A stretch of 32,000 bases of DNA from Streptantibioticus rubrisoli (GTDB lineage Bacteria; Actinomycetota; Actinomycetes; Streptomycetales; Streptomycetaceae), in assembly GCF_024436055.1 (NCBI RefSeq), contig NZ_JANFNH010000046.1, positions 538-32,537 on the forward strand. Reading direction: 5' to 3'. Both the position numbers and the translations under genes were made by a program. Every line of letters begins with the position of its first letter. Within the stretch, counting starts at the first letter, position 1. The notes under the pieces are model-generated. The model searched no databases and was not told where the DNA came from. It saw only the letters and a list, made by a program, of their open reading frames with translations. Below, one piece after another: positions 31,016 through 32,000 of this stretch.

Positions 31016-31848
31016 GTTGCCGGCCGAGAACCGATCGGCCTTGGTGATCGCGACGGGTGTCTACGCCGACGCGCAACTGGTGCGGCTGCGTGCCCCGGCC
31101 CGCGACGCCGTGGACCTGGCCGCAGTGCTCGGCGACCCACAGCGTGGCCGATTCAAAGTCACCCCGCTGATCGACCGGCCTGCCCACGATATCCGCGTGG
31201 AAATGGAGGACTTCCTCGCCGATCGCGCCCCGGACGATCTGCTGGTGGTGTACCTGGGTGTACCTGTCCTGCCACGGAGTGCGCGACGCAAGCGGTCGGC
31301 TGCACTTCGCCGCAGCCGACACATTCAAGAGGCGCTTAGCATCCACCGGCGTCGAGTCGCAGTGGCTGCTCGACCGGTTGGACGAGCGCCGAGCACGGCG
31401 TCAGGCGCTGATCTTGGACTGTTGTTTCAGCGGCGCTTTCGATGCCACCGGCAGGAAAGGGGAGGCCGAAGGGGAGCTGCGGCGCCTACTGGTTGGGCAT
31501 GGCCGCGGGCGGGTGGTGCTGACCGCCTCGCCTGCCGGGGAGTACTCCTATGCGGGCCCGGCCCTGCCCGGGGCCGAGATCACCGGGTCGGTGTTCACCA
31601 CCGGGCTGGTCAAGGGCTTGCGCACCGGCGGCGCGGACAGCGATAACGACGGGCTGATCTCGGTCGAGGACGCCTATGACTACGTCTACACCTACGTCCA
31701 GGCCCACGCTGCCGCTCAGACCCCGCGACGCTGGACGTACGGCGCCGAGGGAAAGATCTTGCTCGCCCGCAACCCCGCGGGCCGACTCCGGCCCGACCGG
31801 CTGGTCACAGCCCGCGTCACAGGACCCGCTTGCCAGGACGGCATCTGA
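30990..31848 (+). pseudogene. Caspase-like (peptidase C14 / EACC1-associated type) gene disrupted by a +10-bp frameshift
   Basis: Frame 0 reads LPELPAENRSALVIATGVYAD...ARDAVDLAAVLGDPQRG...DDLLVVYL. After 31257 the frame switches to +1 and reads YLSCHGVRDASGRLHFAAAD...RQALILDCCFSGAF...VVLTASPAGEYS. The catalytic His (SCHG) and Cys (DCCFSG) are both present but lie downstream of the shift. The start is uncertain (TTG at 30990, 31008 or 31017). Confidence 0.75.
31247..31266 (+). repeat. Perfect 10-bp tandem duplication (GGTGTACCTG x2) causing the caspase frameshift
   Basis: 31247-31256 and 31257-31266 are both ggtgtacctg. Deleting one copy restores the reading ...LLVVYLSCHGVR... Confidence 0.95.
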
Positions 31849-31912
31849 TGAGCCTTCGACGACGGGCCGTGGCCGTGAGCCGATAGACGCATCCGCTGTC
31901 CACCTGACCTCC

Positions 31913-32000
31913 ATGACCGCTCCCCAACCGCCACAGCCCCAGGAAAAGCCACAACCGCCCGCAAACGACGGTTCTTTCGACGTCGCGTGGACCGGCACAG
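31913..32000 (+). CDS. Possible 5' end of a further gene running off the window (Pro/Gln-rich N-terminus)
   Basis: ATG 31913 opens a frame (MTAPQPPQPQEKPQPPANDGSFDVAWTGT...) with no stop before the window end. There is no clear Shine-Dalgarno and no recognisable domain. Confidence 0.25.
   Translation, partial: MTAPQPPQPQEKPQPPANDGSFDVAWTGT

Noticed and set aside
1-32000. Scan for CRISPR arrays, tRNA/rRNA genes and integrase/att sites
   Set aside because: No regularly spaced direct repeats, cloverleaf-like segments or tyrosine/serine integrase genes were recognised. The only repeats are IS termini and the 10-bp duplication at 31247-31266.

Overview
High-GC, Streptomyces-like actinomycete accessory DNA; the organism call is inferred from composition and gene content. 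The left 18.4 kb is a compact polyketide locus. It has a five-gene methoxymalonyl-ACP cassette (3-hydroxyacyl-CoA dehydrogenase, ACP, acyl-CoA dehydrogenase, FkbH, O-methyltransferase) in the asm13-17 / fkbK-J-I-H-G order. Next come a convergent CMD-family gene with an unusual nuclease-like C-terminal extension and a single 3,863-aa type I PKS. Motifs read the PKS as KSQ-AT(YASH)-ACP | KS-AT(HAFH)-ACP | KS-AT(FAAH)-KR(catalytic Tyr and Asn lost)-ACP-TE. That predicts a very small, unreduced, methoxylated triketide, probably an alpha-pyrone. The right 13.5 kb is an insertion-sequence graveyard with at least 8 elements or remnants (IS481-like rve, IS5-family, IS110-family). It encloses a DUF5684-like membrane protein, a ferredoxin / ferredoxin reductase / P450 operon, a lower-GC secreted TIM-barrel-like protein, and an EACC1-like plus caspase-like conflict-system pair. 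The caspase gene is broken by a perfect 10-bp tandem duplication just before its catalytic His. The PKS locus is bracketed by two same-orientation copies of the IS481-like family. No rRNA, tRNA or CRISPR array was seen. All family assignments come from reading motifs by eye; no database search was possible.
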